A stretch of 64,000 bases of DNA, from NCBI RefSeq assembly GCF_001194135.2, contig NC_068981.1:88614174-88678173 (forward strand). The letters run 5' to 3'. The position numbers were made by a program, and so were the translations under genes. This DNA comes from Octopus bimaculoides (taxonomy: Eukaryota). Positions 63,380 to 64,000 of this stretch are shown here, in pieces; position 1 is the first letter of the stretch; each line of letters starts with the position of its first letter. The notes under the pieces are model-generated. The model was given only the letters and a program-made list of their open reading frames with translations, searched no databases and was not told where the DNA came from.

Positions 63380-63540
63380 CACTACATTATACTTTATCAC
63401 ATTCCACCTCGTCTCCAAAGAACGTGTGTACGATCGGGTGATCTGCTAAAGAACAGCAGCTAAATTTCACTAAAATCCTGCTCTTCCACGTCAAACAAGG
63501 AAATAAGACATTAGGCAACGTAACTAGAGATGATTATAAA
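63380..63540 (+). mobile_element. Old interspersed repeat family G
   Basis: GATCTGCTAAAGAACAGCAGCTAAATTTC..; related remnants at about 31560, 32930, 35030 and 54780. Confidence 0.45.
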
Positions 63541-63669
63541 AAGACTGTGGCTACAGTTGTAACCTTTTGACCACAGATCTACTCGTTGCTGTTGACCTGA
63601 GCGTAAATACCATCAGCATCATCAGTATCATCAGAAACGACAACAGCAACAACAACAGCAGCAGCGACA

Positions 63670-64000
63670 TATGGTTGGCACTCCGTCGGTTACGACGTCG
63701 AGGATTCCAGTTGATCCGATCAACGGAACAGCCTGCTCGTGAAANNNNNNNNNNCCAGTTGATCCGATCAACGGAACAGCCTGCTCGTGAAATTAACGTG
63801 CAAGTGGTTGAGCACTCCACAGACACGTGTGCCCTTAACGTAGTTCTCGGGGGAGATTCAGCACGACACAGAGTGTGACAAGGCTGGCCATTTGAAATAC
63901 AGGTACAACAGAAACAGGAAGATAGAGTGAAAGAGTACAGCAGGGTTCGCCACCATCCCCTGCCGGAGCCTCGTGGAACTTTAGGTGTTTTCGCTCAATA
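63670..64000 (-). mobile_element. SINE family E copy, runs off the window edge
   Basis: Same sequence as 39684-40069; preceded by a CAG/CAA/CAT triplet-repeat tract. Confidence 0.92.

Noticed and set aside
63705-63795. Direct duplication of about 38 bp inside the SINE E copy
   Set aside because: Identical copies on either side of a 10-N gap: an unmerged contig overlap.

Overview
AT-rich, repeat-dominated animal genomic DNA with seven N-gaps. The SINE, microsatellite and LINE complement looks like a coleoid cephalopod, probably Octopus; this is inferred from repeat types and was not checked by a search. I could not confidently identify any host protein-coding gene. Nearly all long ORFs in the track are microsatellite or gap artefacts or transposon debris. 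Supported content: many tRNA-headed SINEs (labelled A-G arbitrarily); five R4/Dong-type LINE fragments, four of them next to (TAA)n; a 3'-truncated Tx1/L1-type LINE; CR1-like scraps; a TIR-complete but dead mariner and a second partial one; Tigger- and POGK-like pogo remnants; a Tc1/mariner MITE; a hAT MITE; a Helentron-type HINE; and a decayed tRNA-Asn gene. The best discoveries are a near-canonical minimal type I hammerhead ribozyme at 42518-42565 in a Penelope-like terminal repeat, an inverted duplication ending in a second decayed hammerhead-like core, and a young inverted SINE pair with intact 12-bp TSDs. There are also several unverified exon candidates, mostly on the minus strand. Most repeat boundaries are approximate.
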